64,000 nt of DNA from positions 64,001 to 128,000 of the forward strand of contig CAWAMW010000017.1 in NCBI GenBank assembly GCA_963783305.1. The letters run 5' to 3'. Within the stretch, counting starts at the first letter, position 1. Every line of letters begins with the position of its first letter. Positions 18,340-28,546 of this stretch are shown in pieces. A program made the translations under genes and the position numbers. The notes beneath the pieces are model-generated. The model had not been told where the DNA came from and made no database searches. It saw only the letters and a program-made list of their open reading frames with translations. The DNA is from an uncultured Gemmatimonadales bacterium (GTDB lineage: Bacteria > Gemmatimonadota > Gemmatimonadetes > Longimicrobiales > RSA9).

Positions 18340-18717
18340 ATGCTGAGGCTGAAGACGAAGGGTCGCATGCCGTCCCTTCTCGCCTGGGGGCTCCTGGTGG
18401 GAGGCGTGGCACTCCTCATGACATTCCCCGACGGCGCGCCGGCGCAGGCGTTCGGGCTCCGGCAGGTTCCGGCTGCCATCCTCTTCGCGCTGGCCGGCTT
18501 CGTCTTCGGACTCTCGCACCCGGAGGCTCGCGCCTGGACGGCGGCCATTCTTCTGGGGTGGGTCCCGCTCCTTGCCGGAGCGGTGGTCGCCATGGAAGGC
18601 GGCGCCCACCCGGCCCTGCTCTGGCTGGGGCTCATGCTGATCCCCGCGGCTCTCGCGGGAGTCGGCGCGTGGGCGGGCGCGCTCACCGCCCGGCGGCGAT
18701 CTCGCGCGGGCCTCTAG
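18340..18717 (+). CDS. Hypothetical 4-TM membrane protein
   Basis: Four hydrophobic segments; GGAG RBS; GC-rich codon usage. Confidence 0.65.
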   Translation: MLRLKTKGRMPSLLAWGLLVGGVALLMTFPDGAPAQAFGLRQVPAAILFALAGFVFGLSHPEARAWTAAILLGWVPLLAGAVVAMEGGAHPALLWLGLMLIPAALAGVGAWAGALTARRRSRAGL

Positions 18718-18877
18718 ACTGGCAGGCTGAAGAAGTCAGGGGAAGCGGTCGAGGGTCGGAGATCGACCCGCGAGGCCGGAGGGCGAAGCGGTCGACCAGC
18801 GAGCGAAGCGACGCGATCGACCGGGAGCGCAAGCGACCGTTCGCGCTCCCCGCCCACCCATTTCAGCGACCGGCTAG
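18714..18877. mobile_element. Putative MITE/REP-like element flanked by CTAG
   Basis: CTAG at 18714 and 18874; imperfect inverted ends (GCTGAAG... / ...TTTCAGC); internal hairpins GGGTCG/CGACCC, GGTCGA/TCGACC and GGGAGCGC/GCGCTCCC. Confidence 0.5.
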
Positions 18878-19308
18878 TCCACCTCTACGGCGTACGCCAG
18901 CCGCCAGTCGCCGAGCTGCTCCGGGTCGGCAGCCTCAGCGGAGCCCTCGTCCCATGGCGTGTACGACCCCGCCCACCCGGAGATGGGACCGGACAGCTCA
19001 CGGCGGTAGTGGGTCAGCTCGTCATCCTTCGACAGGCGGTCCAGCTCGCGGCCCGCGGCCTCGAGGACCAGCGTGTCCCCTTCCTCGACCTGCCCCTCGA
19101 AGATCTTGGTGTTCAGGCTGACCTTGTTCATGGACGGGTGGTCCGAGATCGCCAGGTGCCCCGACTCCGGCACCCGTGTGGCCTGCTCGATGTCCCGACC
19201 GGGCACCGTCGCCTTGAACTCGAAGACGAACTCGCCGTGCTCATCGAGATCCTTGTTGTCGAGGATCTCTACATAGGAAACAGTGACGCGAATGTGTCGT
19301 GCGGCCAT
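18874..19308 (-). CDS. Hypothetical protein (beta-rich, acidic, 144 aa)
   Basis: C-terminal part of ORF 18874..20853 from MAARHIRVTV; GGAGG RBS upstream; protein-like composition. Confidence 0.75.
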   Translation of the reverse strand: MAARHIRVTVSYVEILDNKDLDEHGEFVFEFKATVPGRDIEQATRVPESGHLAISDHPSMNKVSLNTKIFEGQVEEGDTLVLEAAGRELDRLSKDDELTHYRRELSGPISGWAGSYTPWDEGSAEAADPEQLGDWRLAYAVEVD

Positions 19309-19470
19309 GAATGTGCCTCCGGAGGGCGAACGGGTTGGTTTTCCGCCACCACCATGGCGCGCCGCGCCGCCTACGGCAAGGGTGAGAACGGTCCGGGCGA
19401 TGTGGCGCGGAGCGCGTCCGCGAAGTACCGTCAGTGGGTTCCCCCAAACCTCACCAGGAGAAAATTCGGG

Positions 19471-21616
19471 ATGACCGCGATGATTTCGAAATCGTGTCGG
19501 CTGGCGGTGGCCGTGGTGGCCAGTCTCGTGTGGAGCGGCGCGAGCACGACGGTGGGCGCGCAGGAGTCGCCGCGCCCGGTGGAGATCATGGATCAGTTCA
19601 GGATCCACTCCGTGTCGAGCCCGGCGGTAAGCCCCGACGGGCGTTGGCTCGCCTACATCGTGGGGGAGACCGACTACGACGAGGACGAGCGGTCCGGCCG
19701 GATCTGGATGCAGCCGTTCACGGGGGGCGAACCCATCCCCATGACCATGGAAGGCCTCTCCGCCGGCTCCCCCGAGTGGAGCCCGGACGGGAAATGGCTG
19801 TCGTTCGCCGCGTCCCGCAACGACGAGGAGCAGCAGGTATGGGCACTGGACCGCCGCGGAGGTGAAGCTCGCCAGCTCACCTCGGTGGAGCAGGGAATCG
19901 ACGACTTCGAATGGTCGCCCGACGGCAGGCGTCTGCTGCTGTCGATCACCGACGAGGAGCTCCCCTGGGAACCCGGCGACACGACGGACGCCGAAGCCGA
20001 CGACGAGGCGGCCGGCGACGATGCGGCCCCCGACGAAGATGGGCCCCGGCCCGCGGTCATCGATCGGCTCCAGTTCAAACGCGACTACCGCGGGTATCTC
20101 GACCGCCGCCGGACGCACCTCTACGTCTGGGAGCTGGAGACGGAGTCGCTCACGCAGATCACGGACGGCGACTACGACGATGCCGGCGCGGCCTGGAGCC
20201 CCGACGGGCGCCAGGTCGTGTTCGTCAGCAACCGCGGCGAGGAGCCGGACGCGGACGACAACTCCGATCTCTGGATCGTGGACGTCCCGGCGGCCGCGGC
20301 GGCGGTCGGCGACGACCGGCCGGTGCCGACACCGCGCCGTCTGACCTCGAACCCCGGGCCCGACGGCTCCCCCGCGTGGAGCCCGGACGGGCGGCTCATC
20401 GCGTACACCCGCTCGCTGGAGCCAAAGCTGATCTGGTACGATGTGAACGAGATCGCCGTCGTGTCGCCGGACGGGGGGAGAGCCTCGATCGCTCACGGGA
20501 TCGCTGGACCGGAACGCGTACGGTCTGCAGTTCGGAGCCGACGGCCGCATCTGGTTCCTGCTGGAGGACAGCGGTGAGCAGCAGCTGGCCCGAATCCGCA
20601 CGAATGGCGGGAACCTGGAGCGCGTGGTCACGGGCGAGCGCGTCGTGCGGGACTTCCACGCCGGGGCGAATGGGCCCGTTGCGCTGCTGATCAGCGAGCC
20701 GCGCCTGCCGGGTGACCTGTTCGCGCTCGAGCACGATGAGCTCCGTCGCATGACCACCGTGAACGACTCCCTGCTCTCCGTGCTCCGGCTGGGCGAGGTG
20801 CGGAACATCCACGCCCGGAGCGCGGATGGCACGGAGGTGGAGGGCTGGATCACCCTCCCGCCCGACTACATCGAAGGGGAGCGCTACCCGACGCTCCTGC
20901 GCATCCACGGAGGGCCCGTGGCGCAGTATGACTGGGCCTTCGATTTCGAGTCCCAGCTCTTCGCCGCGAACGGGTACGCGGTGGTGCGCGCCAACCCGAG
21001 GGGCTCGTCCGGCTACGGCCAGGACTTCAGCGCGGCTCTGTTCGCGGACTGGGGCAACAAGGACTTCGAGGACGTCATGGCCGCGCTGGACCTGGCCATC
21101 GCCGAGGGCTACGCGGACCCGGACCGGCTCGGCGTGGGTGGGTGGAGCTATGGCGGGATCCTGACCAACTACGTGATTACGAAGACCGACCGCTTCGAGG
21201 GTGCCATCTCCGGCGCCAGCGAGGTGTTCTACCGCGCCAACTACGGCCACGACCACTACCAGCGGCACTGGGTGGCGGAGCTCGGCCTGCCCTGGGGCGA
21301 GACGGCCGAGAACTGGGACCGTATTTCCCCGTTCACGTACGTCGAGAACATCGTCACGCCCACCCTCGTGATCGGTGGCGCCGCGGACTGGAACGTCCCC
21401 ATCCTCAACTCCGAGCAGCTCTATCAGGCGCTCAAGAAGCTCGGCCGCGAGACCGTCCTGGTGGTGTACCCGGGCGAGCACCATGGCATCGGCCGCCTCT
21501 CCTTCCAGAAGGACCGGTGGCAGCGCTACCTCGACTGGTACGACAAGTACGTGAAGGGGACGCTCGGTGAGCCGCGAGCCGACTGGAACGGGGCGCTGGA
21601 GCGGCTGGGCCAGTGA
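19471..21616 (+). CDS. S9 family peptidase (dipeptidyl aminopeptidase/acylaminoacyl peptidase), split by a +1 frameshift in the G6 run at 20473-20478
   Basis: Signal peptide and WSPDG propeller repeats in ORF1; HGGP, GWSYGG and YPGEHH in ORF2. Removing one G gives the continuous DGGEPRSLTGSLDRN. Confidence 0.88.
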
Positions 21617-21801
21617 CCGGCGCTGTCCATACACCGGCCGTTGACGCGTTCCATCAGCACCCCAAAACTCGAATCACTCACCCGAACAGAGGAGACACCA
21701 TGGACCCGACCCTTGTTTGACACGATTCTCGCCGCAGCCATAGGTTGCGTGCGGATCCTTTCATCCCCCAAAAACCAATCCCAATCCAGGGAGGCAATCG
21801 C

Positions 21802-24800
21802 ATGACAAAATCGTGCGGAGCCTTTGTGCCCATGGTGGCAGCGGCAGTACTGCTGCTCATCGGGTCACCACAGGCAACGACAGCCCAGCAGGCCGCGGTC
21901 AGCGGCACGGTAACCGACGCGCAGACCGGCGAAGCCATCCCTGCGGCGCAGGTGTCGGTCCGGGGCACCGGTATCGGCACACTCACCAACGCCGAGGGGC
22001 GCTACGTGCTCACGCGCGTCCCCGCGGGCCGGCAGGAGATCCGGGTCGAGTACATCGGCTACTCGGCGGCACAGCAGACCGTCACCCTCACCGAGGGCGA
22101 GACGGCCACGTTGAACTTCGAGATGGGCGTGGATGCCATCGAGCTGGAGGCGCTCGTCGCCACCGGCTACGCGCAGCAGACGCGGCGCGAGATCCCGAGC
22201 TCCATCAGCTCCATCGCCGAGCCGGGCGACCTGACGAGCCGGCCCGTGGCCAGCCTCGATGCCGCCCTGCAGGGGAAGGCGGCGGGCGTGCAGGTGATCC
22301 AGAACGCGGGCAACCCGGGCAACGGGATGACGGTCCGGGTCCGCGGCAGCTCTTCGATCACGGCCAGCAACCAGCCGCTGTACGTGGTGGACGGGGTGCC
22401 GATCTTCCGCGAGGACTTCGGCCAGCTCGGCCTGGGCGGTCAGGACCTGTCCGCCATCACGGGCCTCACGCCCGATGAGATCGAGTCCATCGACATCCTC
22501 AAGGACGCCGCGGCGTCGTCGATCTACGGTTCGCGGGGCTCGAACGGCGTGGTCATGATCACGACCAAGCGCGGCCAGGCCGGCGGGTCGAAGATCACGG
22601 TCAACACGTCGTTCGGCTTCCAGCAGGCCGCGAAGAAGATCGACATGTTGAACACGCAGGAGTGGATGGACTACTTCGCCGCCGGGATGCGCTACGACGG
22701 GTACACCGAGGCGGACATCCAGGACGAGTTCGACTCGTTCGGCGTGGATCCGAGCATCGACACCGACTGGCAGGACGAGGTCATGCGTACGGCGCCGATC
22801 AGCAACACACAGCTCGCGCTGAGCGGCGGCACGGACCAGTTCAAGTACTTCGTGTCCGGGACCTACTTCGATCAGCAGGGGATCATCATCGGCTCCGCGT
22901 ACGACCGCGCGTCGGCCCGGGCGAACCTGGACTTCCAGGCCACCGAACGGCTCAACGTGAGCGCCTCCCTCGCCCTGGCGCAGGAGGACAACAACCGGAT
23001 CGAGTCGGACAACTCCATCGTGAGCCCGGTGACCAACTCCATCGCCAACGAGCCATGGGTCCCCGTCAAGGACGACGAGGGCAACTGGAGCGACTGGGCC
23101 TCGTACTCGAACCCGGTGGCCGTGGGCCGTGAGGACTTCACCAACGCCCGCACGATGCGCAGCTTCGGGAACGTCACGGCCACGTACCACCTGCTGGACT
23201 GGCTGAACGTCAACGGCCGCGCAGGCTACGACGTGCTGTCGCTCCGCGAGCACCGGTGGAACTCGCCGCTGACGCCGCTGACGTACGGCGCGGGCGTGGG
23301 CGGTGTGTCCCGCATCGGCAACTCATCGGGCACGCGCTACCTGCTCGAGGCGTTCGCCACGGGGAACCGCTTCTTCGGCGCCCACGAGCTCTCGGTCACG
23401 CTGGGCTCGAGCGTCGAGATGGATGACCGCGAGAACAGCTTCGTCCGCGGCGAAGGGTTCACGAGCCCGAACCTGAACTGGCCGGACAACGCGGCCGAGG
23501 TCACCGGGTACGGCGGCACGGCGTGGGAGCACAACCTCATGTCGTACTTCGGGCGCGCCAACTACGTGTTCGACGATCGCTTCGTCGTGAACGCCAGCCT
23601 GCGCTCCGACGGCTCGTCGCGCTTCGGGCAGAACCAGAAGTTCGGGACGTTCCCGTCGGCGGCGGTCGCCTGGATCGTGAGCAACGAGGGCTTCATGCAG
23701 GGCAACGGTCTCTTCAGCGACCTGCGCGTGCGCGGCAGCTGGGGCAAGACGGGGAACGAGGCCATCGGCGATTTCCAGTTCCTCGGCCTCTACGGCACGT
23801 CCAACTACGCGTCGGTGGCGGGCACGGCGCCCAGCAACCTGGCGAACCCGGACCTGAAGTGGGAGACCACCACCGAGTGGAACCTCGGTTTGGACCTGGG
23901 GCTCTTCAGCGACCGGCTCGGGATCACCGCCGAGCTGTACAACAAGACCACGGACGACCTGCTGCTCGATCGGCCGGTCACGGCCACCACCGGGTTCACG
24001 TCGGTCCTGGCCAACGTCGGGTCCATCCGGAACCGTGGCTGGGAGCTGAGCCTGCGCACGGTCAACGTGCGGGCGCCGCGCGGCGGTGGCTTCGGGTGGA
24101 CGTCGGAGCTCAACCTGACGCACAACCAGAACGAGGTCACGGCGCTCTACAAGGATGAGCCGTTCCCCTCGGGCTTCATCAACCGCGTCGAGAAAGGTCA
24201 GCCCATTGGCGTGTTCTACGCGCCCAACTACGAGGGCGTGGATTCGGAGACGGGCGTCGCCATGTACACCGATCTGGATGCCGACGGCAACCGGGTGGGC
24301 TGGACGACGTCTCCGGGGTCGGACGACCGCATGCTGGTCGGCACCCCGCACCCCGACTACTACGGCGGGTTCCGCAACACCATGACGCTGGGCATCGTCG
24401 ATCTCATGGTGTTCATGGACTTCAGCCAGGGCGCCAAGATCTACAACGCCATGCGCGAGTACTCGGATGACGGCGGGTACTTCCTGGACAACAAGTTCGC
24501 CGTCCACGTCGAGGACTACTGGACGCCGGAGAACACCGACGGCACCGCGCCGAGCCCGAGCTGGTTCGGCTCCACCGGCGCGTGGGTCCCGTCGAGCCGC
24601 TACATCGAGGACGCGTCGTTCGTGCGGCTGGGCGATGTGACGCTCGGCCTCGACCTGCCGGACGCCGCCAACCGCGTGCTCCGGACCGGGGACGGCCGGA
24701 TCTATGTCTCGGGCAAGAACCTGCACACCTGGTCCGACTACTCCGGGTACGCCCCCGAGAACCACTACGGTGGCTCCGGATCGGCTTCATCCACGCTTGG

Positions 24801-24864
24801 CACCGACTTCTACGCGTACCCGCTGGCCCGGACGATCACGTTCGGGTTCCAGGGCAACTGGTAG
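21802..24864 (+). CDS. SusC/RagA-family TonB-dependent receptor
   Basis: CarboxypepD-like N-terminus; PLYVVDGVP, ILKDAAASSIYGSRGSNGVVMITTKRG and NPDLKWETT; terminal W. Confidence 0.95.
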   Translation: MTKSCGAFVPMVAAAVLLLIGSPQATTAQQAAVSGTVTDAQTGEAIPAAQVSVRGTGIGTLTNAEGRYVLTRVPAGRQEIRVEYIGYSAAQQTVTLTEGETATLNFEMGVDAIELEALVATGYAQQTRREIPSSISSIAEPGDLTSRPVASLDAALQGKAAGVQVIQNAGNPGNGMTVRVRGSSSITASNQPLYVVDGVPIFREDFGQLGLGGQDLSAITGLTPDEIESIDILKDAAASSIYGSRGSNGVVMITTKRGQAGGSKITVNTSFGFQQAAKKIDMLNTQEWMDYFAAGMRYDGYTEADIQDEFDSFGVDPSIDTDWQDEVMRTAPISNTQLALSGGTDQFKYFVSGTYFDQQGIIIGSAYDRASARANLDFQATERLNVSASLALAQEDNNRIESDNSIVSPVTNSIANEPWVPVKDDEGNWSDWASYSNPVAVGREDFTNARTMRSFGNVTATYHLLDWLNVNGRAGYDVLSLREHRWNSPLTPLTYGAGVGGVSRIGNSSGTRYLLEAFATGNRFFGAHELSVTLGSSVEMDDRENSFVRGEGFTSPNLNWPDNAAEVTGYGGTAWEHNLMSYFGRANYVFDDRFVVNASLRSDGSSRFGQNQKFGTFPSAAVAWIVSNEGFMQGNGLFSDLRVRGSWGKTGNEAIGDFQFLGLYGTSNYASVAGTAPSNLANPDLKWETTTEWNLGLDLGLFSDRLGITAELYNKTTDDLLLDRPVTATTGFTSVLANVGSIRNRGWELSLRTVNVRAPRGGGFGWTSELNLTHNQNEVTALYKDEPFPSGFINRVEKGQPIGVFYAPNYEGVDSETGVAMYTDLDADGNRVGWTTSPGSDDRMLVGTPHPDYYGGFRNTMTLGIVDLMVFMDFSQGAKIYNAMREYSDDGGYFLDNKFAVHVEDYWTPENTDGTAPSPSWFGSTGAWVPSSRYIEDASFVRLGDVTLGLDLPDAANRVLRTGDGRIYVSGKNLHTWSDYSGYAPENHYGGSGSASSTLGTDFYAYPLARTITFGFQGNW

Positions 24865-24875
24865 GCGGAAAGGAT

Positions 24876-26243
24876 ATGAACATGAACAGACTACGCATGG
24901 TGCCGGGCCTGCTGCTGCTGAGCTTCGCGGCGGCCGCCTGTGACACCGGGCTCCTGGACGTGGAGCCGCAGGACGAGATCTCGGAGGACCAGGCGATCAT
25001 CAACCTGGAAACGGCGAACGCCGCCCTCAATGGCGCCTACAGCGCGCTCCAGTTCGACGGGCTGTACGGCGAAGAGGCGCTGGTGTGGACGGACGTGCTC
25101 ACGGATGACGTGGAGCACACCGGCACCTACGGCAACTACGGCACCGCCGACCTGCTCGCGGTGACGGCGGACAACTTCTCCGTCGAGAACATGTGGAACG
25201 ATACCTACAACGGTATCAACCGCGTGAACGTTCTCCTGGAGAAGGTCGCGGCGCTGGACAATGTGTCGCAGACCAACAAGGACCGGATCATGGGCGAGGC
25301 CATCGGGATCCGGGCGCTCGAGTACTTCCAGCTCGTCCGCCTGTACGGGGGCGTGCCGCTGGTGCTGCAGCCTTTCGAGAGCCTGGATGACGCCTCGCAG
25401 GTGAGCCGGGCCACCGTGGCGGCTGTTTACGACGCCATCGAGGACGACATCTCCAGCGCGCGCACGCTCCTTTCCTCGGCCGGGGTGGGCAACGGCGAAA
25501 GTCGCACCGTGATCACACCCGGATTCATGGACGCACTGGAGGCGCAGGTCCAGCTCCAGCAGGGCGACTGGCCCGCCGCTGAGACCGCAGCCATGCGGGT
25601 GGTGAACACCGAGTCGTACTCACTGGTCGATGATTACGCCAGTCTGTTCGACGCCAACGGCGCGCCCACGAGCGAGGACATCTTCCGCGTGGCGTTCAAT
25701 GCCGTGGACGCGAACTTCCACGGGTTCTATTACCAGTTCGAGGGGCGCTTCGAGACGGGCGCGACCGAGGAGATCTACAACCTCTACGACCAGGCGCTGG
25801 ACCAGCGGTTCACGGCTTCGTTCGACGAGGTGCGCCCCGATGGCATCGAGGTGGTGAAGTTCCCCACCACGGTGGGCACGGAGAACATCCACGTGATCCG
25901 CTACGGCGAGCTGCTGCTCATCCTCGCCGAAGCGCTGGCCCAGCAGGGTGGCCCCGACGAGCTCGACGACGCGGTCATGTACCTCGAGAAGGTCCGTGAT
26001 CGGGCGAACCTCCCTGCGTACGACGCCGTCGATGTGGACACGCAGGCGGAGGTCCTCGCCGCGATTTACCTGGAGCGCCGCCTCGAGCTGGCGTTCGAGG
26101 GGAAGCGCTGGTTCGACATCGTGCGGTGGGACATGGTGGGCACCGCCGTGGGCCGGACGCTACCGAACCCCGACAACCTGCTGCCGCTTCCGGTATCCGA
26201 ACTGGACGTGGCGCCTAATCTGACGCAGAACGCCGGGTACTAG
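24876..26243 (+). CDS. RagB/SusD-family lipoprotein
   Basis: Lipobox AAAC; RYGELLLILAEA, ERRLELAFEGKRWFDIVRW and QNAGY. Confidence 0.95.
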   Translation: MNMNRLRMVPGLLLLSFAAAACDTGLLDVEPQDEISEDQAIINLETANAALNGAYSALQFDGLYGEEALVWTDVLTDDVEHTGTYGNYGTADLLAVTADNFSVENMWNDTYNGINRVNVLLEKVAALDNVSQTNKDRIMGEAIGIRALEYFQLVRLYGGVPLVLQPFESLDDASQVSRATVAAVYDAIEDDISSARTLLSSAGVGNGESRTVITPGFMDALEAQVQLQQGDWPAAETAAMRVVNTESYSLVDDYASLFDANGAPTSEDIFRVAFNAVDANFHGFYYQFEGRFETGATEEIYNLYDQALDQRFTASFDEVRPDGIEVVKFPTTVGTENIHVIRYGELLLILAEALAQQGGPDELDDAVMYLEKVRDRANLPAYDAVDVDTQAEVLAAIYLERRLELAFEGKRWFDIVRWDMVGTAVGRTLPNPDNLLPLPVSELDVAPNLTQNAGY

Positions 26244-26269
26244 GGAACAGCAACACCGCAAAAGGTAGG

Positions 26270-26308
26270 AACGGCCCCGTCCCGCGTCACGCGGGGCGGG
26301 GCCGTTTT
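26270..26308 (+). terminator. Rho-independent terminator after susD
   Basis: AACGGCCCCGTCCCGCG-TCA-CGCGGGGCGGGGCCGTT followed by T residues. Confidence 0.8.
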
Positions 26309-26348
26309 CGGTTCCGGCGCTCCGTGTTCTGGCGGCCCAGTGGCTACG

Positions 26349-26864
26349 CTACAGCTCCACGTTGTGCACTTCTCCCACGTCCGGCTGCTCGCCGGTGACC
26401 ATTCCCTTCGCGACCTCGAACAGGACCACCGGCTTCGGCTTGTCCATTTCCATGTACGTAACGCTGTCGGCATCCACGAAGATGAGGGCGAGCCGCGGGT
26501 CGTCCGGGCTCCCGTCCCGACGCTCGTCCTCCTTCGGGAACCAGGCCTTCCACGTCCGCTCGTAGAGCTCCCGGATACGGTCCCGGTCCTGCGAGATCCG
26601 GGCGGTACCGCTCACGGACACCCATTCACGGGAGTCCGTGTCGAAATACGCGACATTCACATTCGGATCGTGCTCCAGCTCGTCCATCTTGTGCGACTCG
26701 ATGTTCGCGACGAACCAGAGGTCCGCATCCGCCTCCCGCTTCTGCGTCGCCATGGGCCGGGATACGAGCCGCCCATCCGGCCGGCGAGTCGTGAGCATCG
26801 CGAGCTCGATGTCCTCGATGAGCTCGTAGAGCTTTCCCAGGTCCTTGTCCTTGCGTTCCGACAT
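26349..26864 (-). CDS. Pyridoxamine 5'-phosphate oxidase-like / general stress protein 26 family
   Basis: AMLTT...LVSRPMATQ...LWF...WVSVSGTA...DDPRLALI. Confidence 0.85.
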   Translation of the reverse strand: MSERKDKDLGKLYELIEDIELAMLTTRRPDGRLVSRPMATQKREADADLWFVANIESHKMDELEHDPNVNVAYFDTDSREWVSVSGTARISQDRDRIRELYERTWKAWFPKEDERRDGSPDDPRLALIFVDADSVTYMEMDKPKPVVLFEVAKGMVTGEQPDVGEVHNVEL

Positions 26865-27041
26865 CCTCGCATCCTCTCCGACGTCCCGGCGCCCCTTGGC
26901 GCAGTGAGTTTCGTGGCCTGAGAGGGAGCATGTTTCACGCCGTTCGGCCTGCTGGATGGAGCCGCGGATCCGAGCACTGGAACGGGGAGTGCGGCGGGAA
27001 GGACGGCGGCACGACGCACCTGCACACGGCACGGAGGCACA

Positions 27042-27950
27042 ATGGATCTCGGCATGATCGGGCTGGGGCGGATGGGCGGGAACATGGCGCGGCGGCTTGC
27101 GGCGGCAGGCCACGGGGTGCGGGGTCACGACCCCGGTGAGGAGGCGCGGAAACGAGCGGAAGACGCGGGGATTCCGACGGAATCGTCGCTCGAGTCGCTG
27201 GTGCGGGCTACGCCGTCGCCAAGGCGGCTCTGGCTCATGGTCCCGGCGGGCGAGCCGGTGGACCGGACGCAGGAGGCGCTGCTCCCGCTGCTGGAGCCCG
27301 GGGACATCCTGATCGACGGCGGGAACAGTCACTACCGGGAAACGATCCGGCGGGCCGAAAAGGCGGCGGAGTCCGGCGTCGCCTGGGTGGATGTCGGCAC
27401 GAGCGGCGGTGTGTGGGGGCTGGCAGAGGGCTATTCCCTGATGGTGGGAGGTCCCGACGACGCGGTCGCGCAGCTCCGTCCCCTCTTCGAGGCGCTGGCG
27501 CCGGCGCCGGATCGGGGCTGGGGCCACGTGGGGCCGTCGGGCGCGGGGCACTTCGTGAAGATGGTCCACAACGGGATCGAGTACGGCCTCATGCAGGCGT
27601 ACGCGGAGGGGTTCCACATCCTGTCGGAGAAAAAGGAGCTGGAAATCGACCCGTTGCAGGCGGCGGAGATCTGGCAGCACGGCAGCGTGGTGCGGTCGTG
27701 GCTGCTGGACCTGGTGGTCCGGGGGCTGTCGGAGAACCCGGATCTGAGCGGCGTCGCACCGTGGGTGTCGGACTCGGGGGAGGGTCGGTGGACGGTGAAG
27801 GAGGCCATCGACCTGGACGTCCCGGCGCCGGTGATCACGCTGGCGCTCCAGGCGCGCCTCCGTTCCCGGGTCGAGGACAGCGTAGCCGACCGTCTGCTGG
27901 CGGTGATGCGACAGCAGTTCGGAGGGCACGGGATCCGGTCGGCGCCGTGA
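27042..27950 (+). CDS. gnd: Decarboxylating 6-phosphogluconate dehydrogenase (short form)
   Basis: GLGRMG, DGGNS, DVGTSGG, GHFVKMVHNGIEYG and DSGEGRW. Confidence 0.95.
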   Translation: MDLGMIGLGRMGGNMARRLAAAGHGVRGHDPGEEARKRAEDAGIPTESSLESLVRATPSPRRLWLMVPAGEPVDRTQEALLPLLEPGDILIDGGNSHYRETIRRAEKAAESGVAWVDVGTSGGVWGLAEGYSLMVGGPDDAVAQLRPLFEALAPAPDRGWGHVGPSGAGHFVKMVHNGIEYGLMQAYAEGFHILSEKKELEIDPLQAAEIWQHGSVVRSWLLDLVVRGLSENPDLSGVAPWVSDSGEGRWTVKEAIDLDVPAPVITLALQARLRSRVEDSVADRLLAVMRQQFGGHGIRSAP

Positions 27951-28546
27951 TGCAGAGGGCGCGACGCGGGCGTTCGGCGGACGCCGTGGGCGCGGCTGCG
28001 CCGATGGTGGTCGTGGTGTCGGGTGTCGCCGGGTCGGGCAAGAGCACAGTGGGCGAGGCGGTGGCCGACGCCCTCGGGTGGGACTACATCGAAGGAGATG
28101 CCTCGCACCCCCCCGAGAACGTGGAGAAGATGAGCCGCGGAGAGCCGCTCGACGACCGCGACCGGGCGCCGTGGCTGGCAGCGCTGCGGGCGGAGATCGA
28201 GGCCCGGCTCGAGGCGGGTCCGCCGGCGGTGCTGGCGGCTTCGGCGCTGAAGGCGCGTTACCGCCGGGAGCTCCGGGTGGATCACCCTCGGGTCCTCCTG
28301 GTCTTCCTGGAGATCTCGCCAGAGCTCGCCCGGGAGCGGCTGACCACCCGGGGCGGACACTTTTTCGGCGCCGACCTGGTGGCTTCCCAGTTCGAGGCGC
28401 TGGAGCGGCCGGAGCACGCCCTCGTGCTGCCCGCAGAGTGGAGCGTGCCGCATCTGGTGGAGGCGGTCGAACGGGCGGCCAGGAGCCCCGGCGGACTCAA
28501 TCCCTCCGGGCGCGATCCCGCCGGACCTTCACCTTCTGGCCCTTGA
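27950..28546 (+). CDS. gntK: Gluconokinase
   Basis: GVAGSGKST, HPPENVEKM...PLDDRDRAPWL, SALK..YR and SQFEALE; follows gnd directly. Confidence 0.88.
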   Translation: MQRARRGRSADAVGAAAPMVVVVSGVAGSGKSTVGEAVADALGWDYIEGDASHPPENVEKMSRGEPLDDRDRAPWLAALRAEIEARLEAGPPAVLAASALKARYRRELRVDHPRVLLVFLEISPELARERLTTRGGHFFGADLVASQFEALERPEHALVLPAEWSVPHLVEAVERAARSPGGLNPSGRDPAGPSPSGP

